From: Bacteroidales bacterium
Lineage (GTDB): Bacteria > Bacteroidota > Bacteroidia > Bacteroidales > CAIWKO01
DNA: 20,000 nucleotides
Direction of reading: 5' to 3'
NCBI GenBank assembly: GCA_035389045.1
Contig: DAOORA010000016.1
Span: 55,184-75,183 of the forward strand
Below, one piece after another: positions 12,093-20,000 of the stretch. Made by a program: the position numbers and the translations under genes. Within the stretch, counting starts at the first letter, position 1. Every line of letters begins with the position of its first letter. The notes under the pieces were generated by a model. The model was given only the letters and a program-made list of their open reading frames with translations. It made no database searches and was not told where the DNA came from.

Positions 12093-12812
12093 TTATTTTC
12101 TTCTCCTTCTTCTTCCCTGATCTTTGCCTCCCTGAACTTCATGTTTGCTTTCTTTTACATTGGCTGAGGTGGGAACAATTTCTCTTTTTCCATAGACTTC
12201 ACCTTTACAAACCCATACTTTCACTCCGATCCGTCCGTAAGTAGTATGTGCTTCGGCAAGGGCGTAGTCAATATCGGCACGTAATGTATGTAAAGGAATA
12301 CGGCCTTCTTTATATTGTTCTGTACGCGCCATTTCAGCGCCACCGATACGACCGGAGATCTGAATCTTGATCCCTTCGGCGCCCATTCTCATGGAAGAGG
12401 CTATATTGGTCTTTATGGCACGACGGTACGAGATCCTTCCTTCAATCTGTTTGGCAACGGAACTGGCAACAAGATAAGCATCCAGTTCAGGACGTTTTAT
12501 TTCGTTGATATTGATCTGGATTTCCTTATTCGTAATTTTTCTCAATTCTTCCTTCAGTTTATCAACTTCCTGTCCGCCTTTACCGATGATGGTACCCGGA
12601 CGTGCTGTATTTATGGTTACGGTGATGAGTTTCAGTGTGCGTTCAATAATAATCTTGGAAATACTGGCCTTTGATAAACGGGCATTCAAATAGATTCTTA
12701 TTTTTTTGTCTTCAATAAGTTTGCTTTCAAAACTTTTGCCCCCAAACCAATTTGAATCCCATCCCCTGATTATCCCTAATCTGTTACCTACTGGATTTGT
12801 TTTTTGTCCCAT
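12093..12812 (-). CDS. rpsC: 30S ribosomal protein uS3
   Basis: [39 protein letters not shown]. Confidence 0.99.
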   Translation of the reverse strand: MGQKTNPVGNRLGIIRGWDSNWFGGKSFESKLIEDKKIRIYLNARLSKASISKIIIERTLKLITVTINTARPGTIIGKGGQEVDKLKEELRKITNKEIQININEIKRPELDAYLVASSVAKQIEGRISYRRAIKTNIASSMRMGAEGIKIQISGRIGGAEMARTEQYKEGRIPLHTLRADIDYALAEAHTTYGRIGVKVWVCKGEVYGKREIVPTSANVKESKHEVQGGKDQGRRRRRK

Positions 12813-12834
12813 CTGGAATTATTTATTTTGTTTA

Positions 12835-13440
12835 TTATTCTGTCTTTTCGTTAGATTTTTTTGCCGATTTCGCTGTTTTACCCTCTTTTTCTGATTTAGC
12901 AGGTTTTTCAGCTTTTGCTGTTTTCTCCTTCTTATCCGTTCTTTCTGACCTGGCAGGTTTTTCTTTTTTCACCGGTTTTACAGCTTGCACTTCCTGAACA
13001 GATGTTTCTTCTTCAATTACATCCACTTCTTCCAGTCCGGCTTCGGGTAGCCTTGAATCAATAACCAGGGTAACATGGTTCGAACGTTTTTTAATCCTAT
13101 GGGCTCTTCCCTGCGGGGCGGCCTGAATTCTCTTCAACTGCCTGCCGCTGTCGACAAAAATCTCCTTCACAAAAAGATTGCTGTCTTCCAGGCGTTTCCC
13201 TTCATTTTTTGCCTGCCAGTTTGAAATAGCCGAAAGCAATAATTTATGCAAGCGTCCGGATGCTTCTTTAGGTGACAATTTCAATAAAAATAATGCCTTA
13301 TCAACATCTTTTTCCCGGATCTGATCTGCTACCAGACGCATTTTTCTGGGTGATGTAGGGCAATTGGAAAGCCGTGCAAAATACATTGCCTTTTTAGCTT
13401 CTTTTGCTTTGTTAGCGCTTATGCGTTTTCTTTCTCCCAT
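12835..13440 (-). CDS. rplV: 50S ribosomal protein uL22 with ~70 aa C-terminal tail
   Basis: [27 protein letters not shown]; core ends near aa 130 of 201. Confidence 0.97.
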   Translation of the reverse strand: MGERKRISANKAKEAKKAMYFARLSNCPTSPRKMRLVADQIREKDVDKALFLLKLSPKEASGRLHKLLLSAISNWQAKNEGKRLEDSNLFVKEIFVDSGRQLKRIQAAPQGRAHRIKKRSNHVTLVIDSRLPEAGLEEVDVIEEETSVQEVQAVKPVKKEKPARSERTDKKEKTAKAEKPAKSEKEGKTAKSAKKSNEKTE

Positions 13441-13467
13441 GATATTTTCTGTTTTGAAGCTGAGTTA

Positions 13468-13740
13468 TTATTTTTTATCTTTATTACCCGCATGTCCCCT
13501 GAAAATGCGTGTGGGAGCAAATTCACCGAGTTTGTGCCCGACCATGTTTTCAGTAATATATACCGGGATAAATTTATTGCCGTTATGAACCAGGATATTG
13601 TGTCCAACAAAATCAGGAGAAATAACTGACCTTCTCGACCATGTTTTAATGGAACTTCTTTTCTTGGTATCATTCATCTGAAAAACCTTTTTTTCTAGTT
13701 TCTCACAGATATACGGACCTTTTTTTAACGAACGACTCAT
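13468..13740 (-). CDS. rpsS: 30S ribosomal protein uS19
   Basis: [30 protein letters not shown]. Confidence 0.99.
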   Translation of the reverse strand: MSRSLKKGPYICEKLEKKVFQMNDTKKRSSIKTWSRRSVISPDFVGHNILVHNGNKFIPVYITENMVGHKLGEFAPTRIFRGHAGNKDKK

Positions 13741-13764
13741 ATTTTTTAACTATGCTGGTTATTA

Positions 13765-14589
13765 TTATTTCTTGGTTCTTTCGATGATATATTTATTCGA
13801 CATCTTTTTCTTGTTACGGGTTTTATAACCTTTTGCCGGCATTCCCTTACGTGTTCTCGGATGTCCTCCTGATGCCTTACCTTCACCACCACCCATAGGA
13901 TGATCGACCGGGTTCATGGCTACACCGCGGTTTCTCGGCCGGCGGCCCAACCACCTGGATCGTCCTGCTTTACCAGATTTTTCATGACTGTGGTCAGGAT
14001 TGGAAACCATGCCAACCGTGGCTTTGCATGACTGCAGGATCAGTCGTGTTTCACCTGAAGGTAATTTTATTACGGCGTATTTTCCGTCTCTTGACATCAG
14101 TTGAGCAAAAGTACCGGCTCCACGAGCCATTTTGCCACCTTCACCGGGTCTGAGTTCAATATTATGAATAATAGTTCCAAAAGGTATCTCGCTCAGATAC
14201 AGCGAGTTTCCTATTTCCGGCGCTATTCCTTTACCCGAAAGAACTTTTTGCCCTACTTTTAAACCCTGAGGTGCTATGATATACCTTTTTTCACCGTCGG
14301 TATAAGATATTAGTGCGATACGGGCACTTCTGTTCGGGTCATATTCAATGGTACGGACTGTTGCCGGAATATTTTCTTTTTCGCGCTTGAAATCAATGAT
14401 CCTGTATTGTCTTTTATGACCTCCGCCGATGTAGCGCATGGTCATCTTACCGGTATTGTCCCTCCCCCCGGTTCTTTTTATACTTACCAATAAACTTTTT
14501 TCCGGTTTATCGGTCGTTATTTCGTCAAACGCACTGATTACTTTGAAGCGTTGACCGGGTGTTGTCGGATTAAGTTTTTTTAATGCCAT
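13765..14589 (-). CDS. rplB: 50S ribosomal protein uL2
   Basis: [36 protein letters not shown]. Confidence 0.99.
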   Translation of the reverse strand: MALKKLNPTTPGQRFKVISAFDEITTDKPEKSLLVSIKRTGGRDNTGKMTMRYIGGGHKRQYRIIDFKREKENIPATVRTIEYDPNRSARIALISYTDGEKRYIIAPQGLKVGQKVLSGKGIAPEIGNSLYLSEIPFGTIIHNIELRPGEGGKMARGAGTFAQLMSRDGKYAVIKLPSGETRLILQSCKATVGMVSNPDHSHEKSGKAGRSRWLGRRPRNRGVAMNPVDHPMGGGEGKASGGHPRTRKGMPAKGYKTRNKKKMSNKYIIERTKK

Positions 14590-14594
14590 TTCTG

Positions 14595-14885
14595 TTAAAT
14601 ATTGCTATAAAAATCTATTTTATCTCCCTGTGCTAAAGTTACAATAGCTTTTTTTGTTGAATTTTTGCGTCCTGAAATATAGCCCGCTTTGGTGTACCTT
14701 GATTTGGTTTTACCTGCATAAACCATGGTATTCACCGATTCGACCTTAACTTCATACATCTGTTCAACAGCTTTTTTAATCTGCAATTTATTTGCCTTTT
14801 TATCAACAAGAAAAGCATAACGGCCCATGGTTTCACCCATTGCAGTCATCTTTTCTGTTATTACCGGCTTTTTTATCACACTCAT
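14595..14885 (-). CDS. rplW: 50S ribosomal protein uL23
   Basis: [24 protein letters not shown]. Confidence 0.98.
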   Translation of the reverse strand: MSVIKKPVITEKMTAMGETMGRYAFLVDKKANKLQIKKAVEQMYEVKVESVNTMVYAGKTKSRYTKAGYISGRKNSTKKAIVTLAQGDKIDFYSNI

Positions 14886-14901
14886 TGCTCAGTTATTTAA
14901 A

Positions 14902-15531
14902 TTATTTTTGAAACATTTCATTAATTTTCTGAACGGAACTTTCAACGATCAGAAGGTTTCCCGCATTGAGAATATCATAGGTATTTAATGAAGATGCCGC
15001 CAGTACTTTTGCTTTTTCGATATTACGTGACGACATATATACTTTTTGATCTGTTTCGGGAAGTACCATCAATGTTTTCTGATCCGCCACTTTAAGATTC
15101 TTCAACAGTTCCTCGTATCTTTTGGTCTTTATTTCCTCAAAAGTAAAATCTTCAAGCACCACAATCTGATTTTGTTTTGCTTTATAGGTCAGTGCGGATT
15201 TACGCGCCAACTGTTTAACTTTTTTGTTCAGTTTGAAATTATATACCCGCGGATGAGGTCCGAATGCCCTGCCGCCACCGACAAAGACCGGAGAGTTGAT
15301 ATCTCCTGAACGGGCTCCGCCGGTTCCTTTCTGGCGTTTCAGCTTACGGGTACTGCCCGACATCTGCGACCGTTCTCTTGAACTGTGCGTGCCTTGCCTT
15401 TTATTGGCCAGATGCTGTTTCACATCAAGGTAAATCGCATGATCATTAGGCTCGATACCAAAAATGGCATCGTCCAATGCTACCTTTCTGGTAGTTTCAC
15501 TTCCATCAATTTTATGAACTACTAACTCCAT
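14902..15531 (-). CDS. rplD: 50S ribosomal protein uL4
   Basis: [24 protein letters not shown]; start overlaps the rplC 3' end by 10 nt. Confidence 0.99.
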   Translation of the reverse strand: MELVVHKIDGSETTRKVALDDAIFGIEPNDHAIYLDVKQHLANKRQGTHSSRERSQMSGSTRKLKRQKGTGGARSGDINSPVFVGGGRAFGPHPRVYNFKLNKKVKQLARKSALTYKAKQNQIVVLEDFTFEEIKTKRYEELLKNLKVADQKTLMVLPETDQKVYMSSRNIEKAKVLAASSLNTYDILNAGNLLIVESSVQKINEMFQK

Positions 15532-16151
15532 CTTTCTATTTTTAAATATGAACCTTTAGCTCCGGGTACGGAACCTTTTACAATAATCAAATTCTTTTCT
15601 TTGATAATTTTTACGACCTGGCTGTTGATCACTTTTACTCGTTCACCGCCCATTCTGCCGCCCATTCTCAATCCTTTAAAAACCCGTGAGGGATAGGATG
15701 ATGCTCCAACAGATCCTGGTGCTCTCAGACGGTCGTGCTGCCCGTGTGTTTTTTCACCAACGCCGCCAAAATGATGACGTTTTACCACACCCTGAAAACC
15801 TTTTCCTTTCGAGGTTCCGACAACATCAATAAATTCGCCTTCAATAAAAACATCCACCATCAGCACTTCACCGAAATCTTTTCTCTGGCCTTCTTCAAAC
15901 CTCGAAAATTCGGCGAGTACTTTTTTGGGAGTAGTTCCGGCTTTGGCAAAATGCCCTTTCATGGGTTTGTTGGTCCTGCTTTCTTTTTTTTCATCAAACG
16001 AAAGCTGAATGGCATCATAACCATCTTTTTCCTTTGTCAATACCTGGGTAACCACACAGGGGCCAGCTTCAATAACCGTACATGGGATATTCTTCCCCGA
16101 TTCATCGAAGATACTGGTCATTCCGATCTTTTTTCCTATTAAACCTGACAT
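15522..16151 (-). CDS. rplC: 50S ribosomal protein uL3
   Basis: [33 protein letters not shown]. Confidence 0.99.
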   Translation of the reverse strand: MSGLIGKKIGMTSIFDESGKNIPCTVIEAGPCVVTQVLTKEKDGYDAIQLSFDEKKESRTNKPMKGHFAKAGTTPKKVLAEFSRFEEGQRKDFGEVLMVDVFIEGEFIDVVGTSKGKGFQGVVKRHHFGGVGEKTHGQHDRLRAPGSVGASSYPSRVFKGLRMGGRMGGERVKVINSQVVKIIKEKNLIIVKGSVPGAKGSYLKIERWS

Positions 16152-16180
16152 TTTTTGTCTTTTTTACTGATAATATAATA

Positions 16181-16486
16181 CTATACTTTAATTTCCACTT
16201 CAACTCCGTTCGGAAGCTCAAGTTTCATAAGAGCATCGATGGTTTTTGATGTTGTGCTGTAAATATCGAGTAATCTTTTATACGTTGATAATTCAAACTG
16301 CTCCCGTGCCTTTTTGTTTACAAATGTCGAACGTAAAACAGTATATACTTTCTTGTTTGATGGTAAAGGGATGGGGCCGCTTACCACTGCACCGGTTGAT
16401 TTTACGGTCTTAACGATTTTTTCAGCCGACTTGTCAACCAGATTGTGATCGTACGATTTAAGTTTTATTCTAATCCTCTGATTCAC
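16181..16486 (-). CDS. rpsJ: 30S ribosomal protein uS10 (GTG start)
   Basis: [29 protein letters not shown]; start codon is GTG at 16486-16484. Confidence 0.98.
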   Translation of the reverse strand: MNQRIRIKLKSYDHNLVDKSAEKIVKTVKSTGAVVSGPIPLPSNKKVYTVLRSTFVNKKAREQFELSTYKRLLDIYSTTSKTIDALMKLELPNGVEVEIKV

Positions 16487-16497
16487 TTTTTTATAAT

Positions 16498-18615
16498 TTA
16501 ATTATTTATATTATTAATTGGTAAATATCCTTTGATTTTATAAATCACCTCATCAGCAATTTCTTTGGGTGTTTCACTATAATGCGAAAATTCCAAAGAA
16601 GAGGTGGCCCTGCCGGAGGTAATGGTACGCAATACGGTAATATATCCAAACATTTCTGATAAGGGGACGGTGGCTTTCACAATCTGAACGCCAATCCTGG
16701 CGGTCACATTTTCAAGATGAGCCCTGCGTTTGTTCAGGTCGCCGGTTACGTCGCCCACATATTCTTCAGGTGTCACAACTTCCAGCTTCATGATGGGTTC
16801 CATCAAAACGCATTGTGCTTTTTTGCAGGCTTCTTTAAAGGCATAACGCGCAGCAATTTCAAAAGCCATCGTATCGGAATCCACGTTATGAAAACTACCG
16901 TCGATCAGTCGGACTTTTGCAGATTCAAAAGGAAATCCTGCAATGACGCCATTCATCAAAGCGGCTTCAAAACCTTTTTGTGCTGCCCTGATAAATTCTT
17001 TTGGCAGATTGCCGCCTCTCACTTCATCAATAAAATGCAGACCTCTTGTATTGCTATCGGCCGGCGAAATTTCAAAATCAATATCGGCAAAGCGCCCTTT
17101 TCCACCGGTTTGTTTTTTATAAATCTCTCTGTGACGCACCGGGGTTTTTATGGCTTCTTTGTATGCCACCTGAGGAACTCCATGATTACATTCAACCTTA
17201 AATTCTCTTTTCAGCCGGTCCATGATGATTTCCAGGTGGAGTTCACCCATACCGCTGATCAGCGTCTGCCCGGTTTCTTCATTATAACGCACCTGAAAAG
17301 TAGGGTCTTCCTCGGCTACCTTTTTCAGGCAGGATGACAGTTTATCAATGTCGGCGGTTGTTTTGGGTTCAACAGCAATATTGATCACCGGTTCCGGGAA
17401 CGTAATGGATTCAAGGACTATCGGATGTTTTTCATCGCACAGTGTGTCGCCGGTCCGAATTTCTTTAAAACCAACCAATGCTCCGATATCCCCTGCTTCG
17501 ATGACATTAACCTGATTTTGCTTGTTGGCGTGCATCCGCATAATCTTTGATATGCGTTCCTTTTTTCCGGTATTGGCGTTGTAGATCATATTGCCTATGG
17601 ACAGCGTCCCGGAATAAACCCTGAAAAAAGCGAGTTTGCCCACATAAGTATCCGTAGTGATTTTAAATGCCAGCCCGCAGAAAGGTGCTGTAATATCGGC
17701 ATGACGCTCTTCGGTTTTTTCATTGTACGGATTGGTTCCTTTGATAGCCGGAACATCGATCGGGCTTGGCAAATATAATACGATGGCATCCAGCAGTTGC
17801 TGAACGGCTTTGTTACGAAATGACGACCCGCATAAAACCGGGGTTATGCGCATTTCGATAGTCGCTTTGCGCAATGCTCCAATAATTTCTTCACTGGTAA
17901 TGGATTCCGGATCTGCTAAAAACTTTTCTAACAATGTTTCGTTTTCTTCGGCAGCGCCTTCGATAAGTTTGGTGCGGTATTCATGAACGGTTTCTTTCAG
18001 CTCTTCAGGAACGGGAATTTCGTAAAAGTTAAATCCAAGCGAATCATCGTCCCATTCAAAAGCTTTATTATGCACCAGATCAACCACACCCCTGAAATTA
18101 TCTTCTTCTCCGATAGGAATTTGAATAACTACCGGGCGTGCCCTTAATTTATCCTTGATCTGGCTGATGACCTGGTAAAAATCGGCGCCGGAACGATCCA
18201 TTTTATTAATATAACTGATGCGCGGGACGTGATACTTATCGGCCTGATGCCAGACTGTTTCAGATTGAGCCTCAACGCCTCCCACAGCACAAAATAATGC
18301 GACAGCACCGTCGAGAACCCTGAGGCTGCGTTCTACTTCAACAGTAAAATCGACATGGCCGGGAGTATCAATAATGTTAATTTTATAAGGAGTACTATTT
18401 ATTTTCCAGTAAACGGTTGTTGCGGCTGATGTGATCGTGATGCCGCGTTCCTGTTCCTGTTCCATCCAGTCCATCGTGGTATTGCCCTCGTGGACTTCGC
18501 CCATACGGTGGGTAATGCCGGTATAATATAATATACGCTCGGTAGTCGTGGTTTTACCCGCGTCTATGTGCGCCATAATGCCAATATTTCTTATGTATTC
18601 CAGGTTCTCTGACAT
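16498..18615 (-). CDS. fusA: Elongation factor G (str operon copy, diverged)
   Basis: [40 protein letters not shown] and domain IV/V motifs; follows rpsG. Confidence 0.97.
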   Translation of the reverse strand: MSENLEYIRNIGIMAHIDAGKTTTTERILYYTGITHRMGEVHEGNTTMDWMEQEQERGITITSAATTVYWKINSTPYKINIIDTPGHVDFTVEVERSLRVLDGAVALFCAVGGVEAQSETVWHQADKYHVPRISYINKMDRSGADFYQVISQIKDKLRARPVVIQIPIGEEDNFRGVVDLVHNKAFEWDDDSLGFNFYEIPVPEELKETVHEYRTKLIEGAAEENETLLEKFLADPESITSEEIIGALRKATIEMRITPVLCGSSFRNKAVQQLLDAIVLYLPSPIDVPAIKGTNPYNEKTEERHADITAPFCGLAFKITTDTYVGKLAFFRVYSGTLSIGNMIYNANTGKKERISKIMRMHANKQNQVNVIEAGDIGALVGFKEIRTGDTLCDEKHPIVLESITFPEPVINIAVEPKTTADIDKLSSCLKKVAEEDPTFQVRYNEETGQTLISGMGELHLEIIMDRLKREFKVECNHGVPQVAYKEAIKTPVRHREIYKKQTGGKGRFADIDFEISPADSNTRGLHFIDEVRGGNLPKEFIRAAQKGFEAALMNGVIAGFPFESAKVRLIDGSFHNVDSDTMAFEIAARYAFKEACKKAQCVLMEPIMKLEVVTPEEYVGDVTGDLNKRRAHLENVTARIGVQIVKATVPLSEMFGYITVLRTITSGRATSSLEFSHYSETPKEIADEVIYKIKGYLPINNINN

Positions 18616-18650
18616 TAATTTTATATTATATCCCGCTACGCACTAAGTTA

Positions 18651-19118
18651 TTAAAACTTAAAATGAGAAAATGCCTTGTTAGCTTCGGCCATGCGGTGAG
18701 TATCTTCCTTTTTCTTGAAGGCAGATCCTTCTTCCTTATATCCTGCCAGTATTTCGGCAGCTAACTTCTGTGACATTGATTTCTCGTGGCGTAGACGGGC
18801 ATACTTTATCAGGTTTTTCATACCTATAGACATTTTCCTTCCAGGCCTTATTTCAGAGGGTATCTGAAAGGTAGCGCCACCTATTCTGCGGCTGCGTACT
18901 TCTACCGAAGGAGTCACATTGGCCAGCGCTTTTTTAAATACTTCAAGTCCGTCTTCACCGCTCTTTTCCGATACTATATCTATAGCATCGTAAAAAATGT
19001 TATAAGAAATATTCTTCTTTCCTATCAGCATGATATTATTAACGAACTTGGTAACCAAAGTGTCGTTATACTTGGGATCAGGAAGAATTATTCTTTTTTT
19101 GGGAGTTGATTTTCTCAT
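18651..19118 (-). CDS. rpsG: 30S ribosomal protein uS7
   Basis: [33 protein letters not shown]. Confidence 0.99.
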   Translation of the reverse strand: MRKSTPKKRIILPDPKYNDTLVTKFVNNIMLIGKKNISYNIFYDAIDIVSEKSGEDGLEVFKKALANVTPSVEVRSRRIGGATFQIPSEIRPGRKMSIGMKNLIKYARLRHEKSMSQKLAAEILAGYKEEGSAFKKKEDTHRMAEANKAFSHFKF

Positions 19119-19146
19119 TTTATATTAAAAAATTCTTTATTTATTT

Positions 19147-19539
19147 CTATTTTGTTGCTGCTTTTTTTGCTTTTGGCCTCTTTGTACCGTATTTGGAGCG
19201 CCGTTGATTTCTGCCGTCCACACCTGAGGTATCAAGAGCTCCTCTGATGATATGATAACGTACGCCCGGCAAATCCTTTACCCTGCCCCCTCTGATCAAT
19301 ACAATAGAGTGTTCCTGCAGATTATGGCCTTCTCCGGGAATATAAGCATTTACTTCTTTGCTGTTGGTAAGTCTGACCCTGGCAACCTTACGCATTGCTG
19401 AATTAGGTTTTTTAGGAGTTGTGGTGTACACTCTTGTGCATACCCCACGTCTCTGCGGGCAGGAATCCAATGCTCTGGATTTACTTTTTTCTGTTAATTT
19501 CTTCCGTCCTTTACGAACCAATTGCTGTATTGTAGGCAT
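19147..19539 (-). CDS. rpsL: 30S ribosomal protein uS12
   Basis: [40 protein letters not shown]. Confidence 0.99.
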   Translation of the reverse strand: MPTIQQLVRKGRKKLTEKSKSRALDSCPQRRGVCTRVYTTTPKKPNSAMRKVARVRLTNSKEVNAYIPGEGHNLQEHSIVLIRGGRVKDLPGVRYHIIRGALDTSGVDGRNQRRSKYGTKRPKAKKAATK

Positions 19540-19585
19540 ATCAACCGTTTTAAAACTATATTATTTTCCCTTTTTTTTGGGACTG

Positions 19586-19615
19586 CAAAGGTAAACTTAA
19601 AATTTTATTTAACAA
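19586..19615 (-). promoter_or_regulatory. Bacteroidota primary-sigma promoter of the superoperon (-33/-7)
   Basis: Minus strand TTG (19615-19613), 19 nt spacer, then TACCTTTG (19593-19586). This matches the TTG/TAnnTTTG consensus and lies 46 nt upstream of the rpsL ATG. Confidence 0.85.
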
Positions 19616-19780
19616 TGCTTTTGTGAAAAAATATTTTTTCTGACGCAGTTAATGCAATGTTGTTGGCATGAATTCTGTTAGTCACAAAAATTTATAATAT
19701 TGATTATTAACACTTTATAATTGTCAGTATCCTGCTTTTTCAGGTAATAAAACATGAAAAAGTCAGTGATGAAAATTTTT

Positions 19781-19789
19781 TTATCCACA
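19781..19789 (+). promoter_or_regulatory. Perfect DnaA box TTATCCACA
   Basis: Exact 9-mer match in the AT-rich intergenic region; binding is not demonstrated. Confidence 0.45.
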
Positions 19790-19955
19790 AAAAAATAAAA
19801 AAATATGCCGTATAGCAAAAAAATTCCTTTTTCAATCTTCCTGGGGGTATTAATGTTTATTTATACTCCGTGTATTTCACTAATTTTTTATTAAACAGAA
19901 TTTCAACCAGATACTTAAACCAAAACCTGAATTCCGGTGGGCAAGCAATAAGAAA

Positions 19956-19985
19956 TTGTTTTGATTTTATCTTTTCATATCTTTA
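19956..19985 (+). promoter_or_regulatory. Possible divergent promoter for a gene beyond the right edge
   Basis: TTG (19956-19958), 19 nt spacer, then TATCTTTA (one mismatch to TAnnTTTG). Confidence 0.35.
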
Positions 19986-20000
19986 TGCGTCTTTTTTGCT

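Noticed and set aside
16300..16350. uS10 loop RSTFVNKK instead of RSPHVNKK (tigecycline-associated loop)
   Set aside because: From recall this is the normal Bacteroidales form, so it is a taxonomic marker and not a resistance allele.
16487..16497. No tuf between fusA and rpsJ
   Set aside because: rpsL-rpsG-fusA-rpsJ is the usual Bacteroidota arrangement, with tuf located elsewhere.
3217..17789. Alternative-frame minus-strand ORFs (3217-3570, 4986-5195, 13419-13673, 17595-17789)
   Set aside because: They are nested in intact rpsD, map, rpsS and fusA, with no sign of frameshift, slippage site or independent coding.
19147..19539. Possible streptomycin-resistance alleles in rpsL
   Set aside because: The TPKKPNSA and RVKDLPG loops carry the wild-type lysines.

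Overview
A housekeeping window from a Bacteroidota genome, probably Bacteroidales-like (uS10 loop 'RSTFVNKK', TAnnTTTG promoter). It is filled almost end to end by one minus-strand str-S10-spc-alpha superoperon: 28 ribosomal protein genes plus fusA, secY, map, infA and rpoA. Enolase follows and runs off the left edge. A ~460 bp AT-rich region at the right end holds the rpsL promoter. The ORF track misses eno, rpmJ and rpmD and over-extends the 5' ends of rpsD, rplF and rpsN. I see no mobile element, CRISPR array, RNA gene or accessory locus, and I cannot claim a new biological system. The leads worth checking are: (1) DnaA boxes plus IHF-like sites upstream of rpsL; (2) a diverged str-operon EF-G; (3) charged C-terminal tails on bL17, uL22 and uL29, all near the tunnel exit; (4) a recurrent AACAGA motif at gene junctions; (5) Shine-Dalgarno-like sites mainly at rplE and rplF; (6) a terminator immediately before eno.
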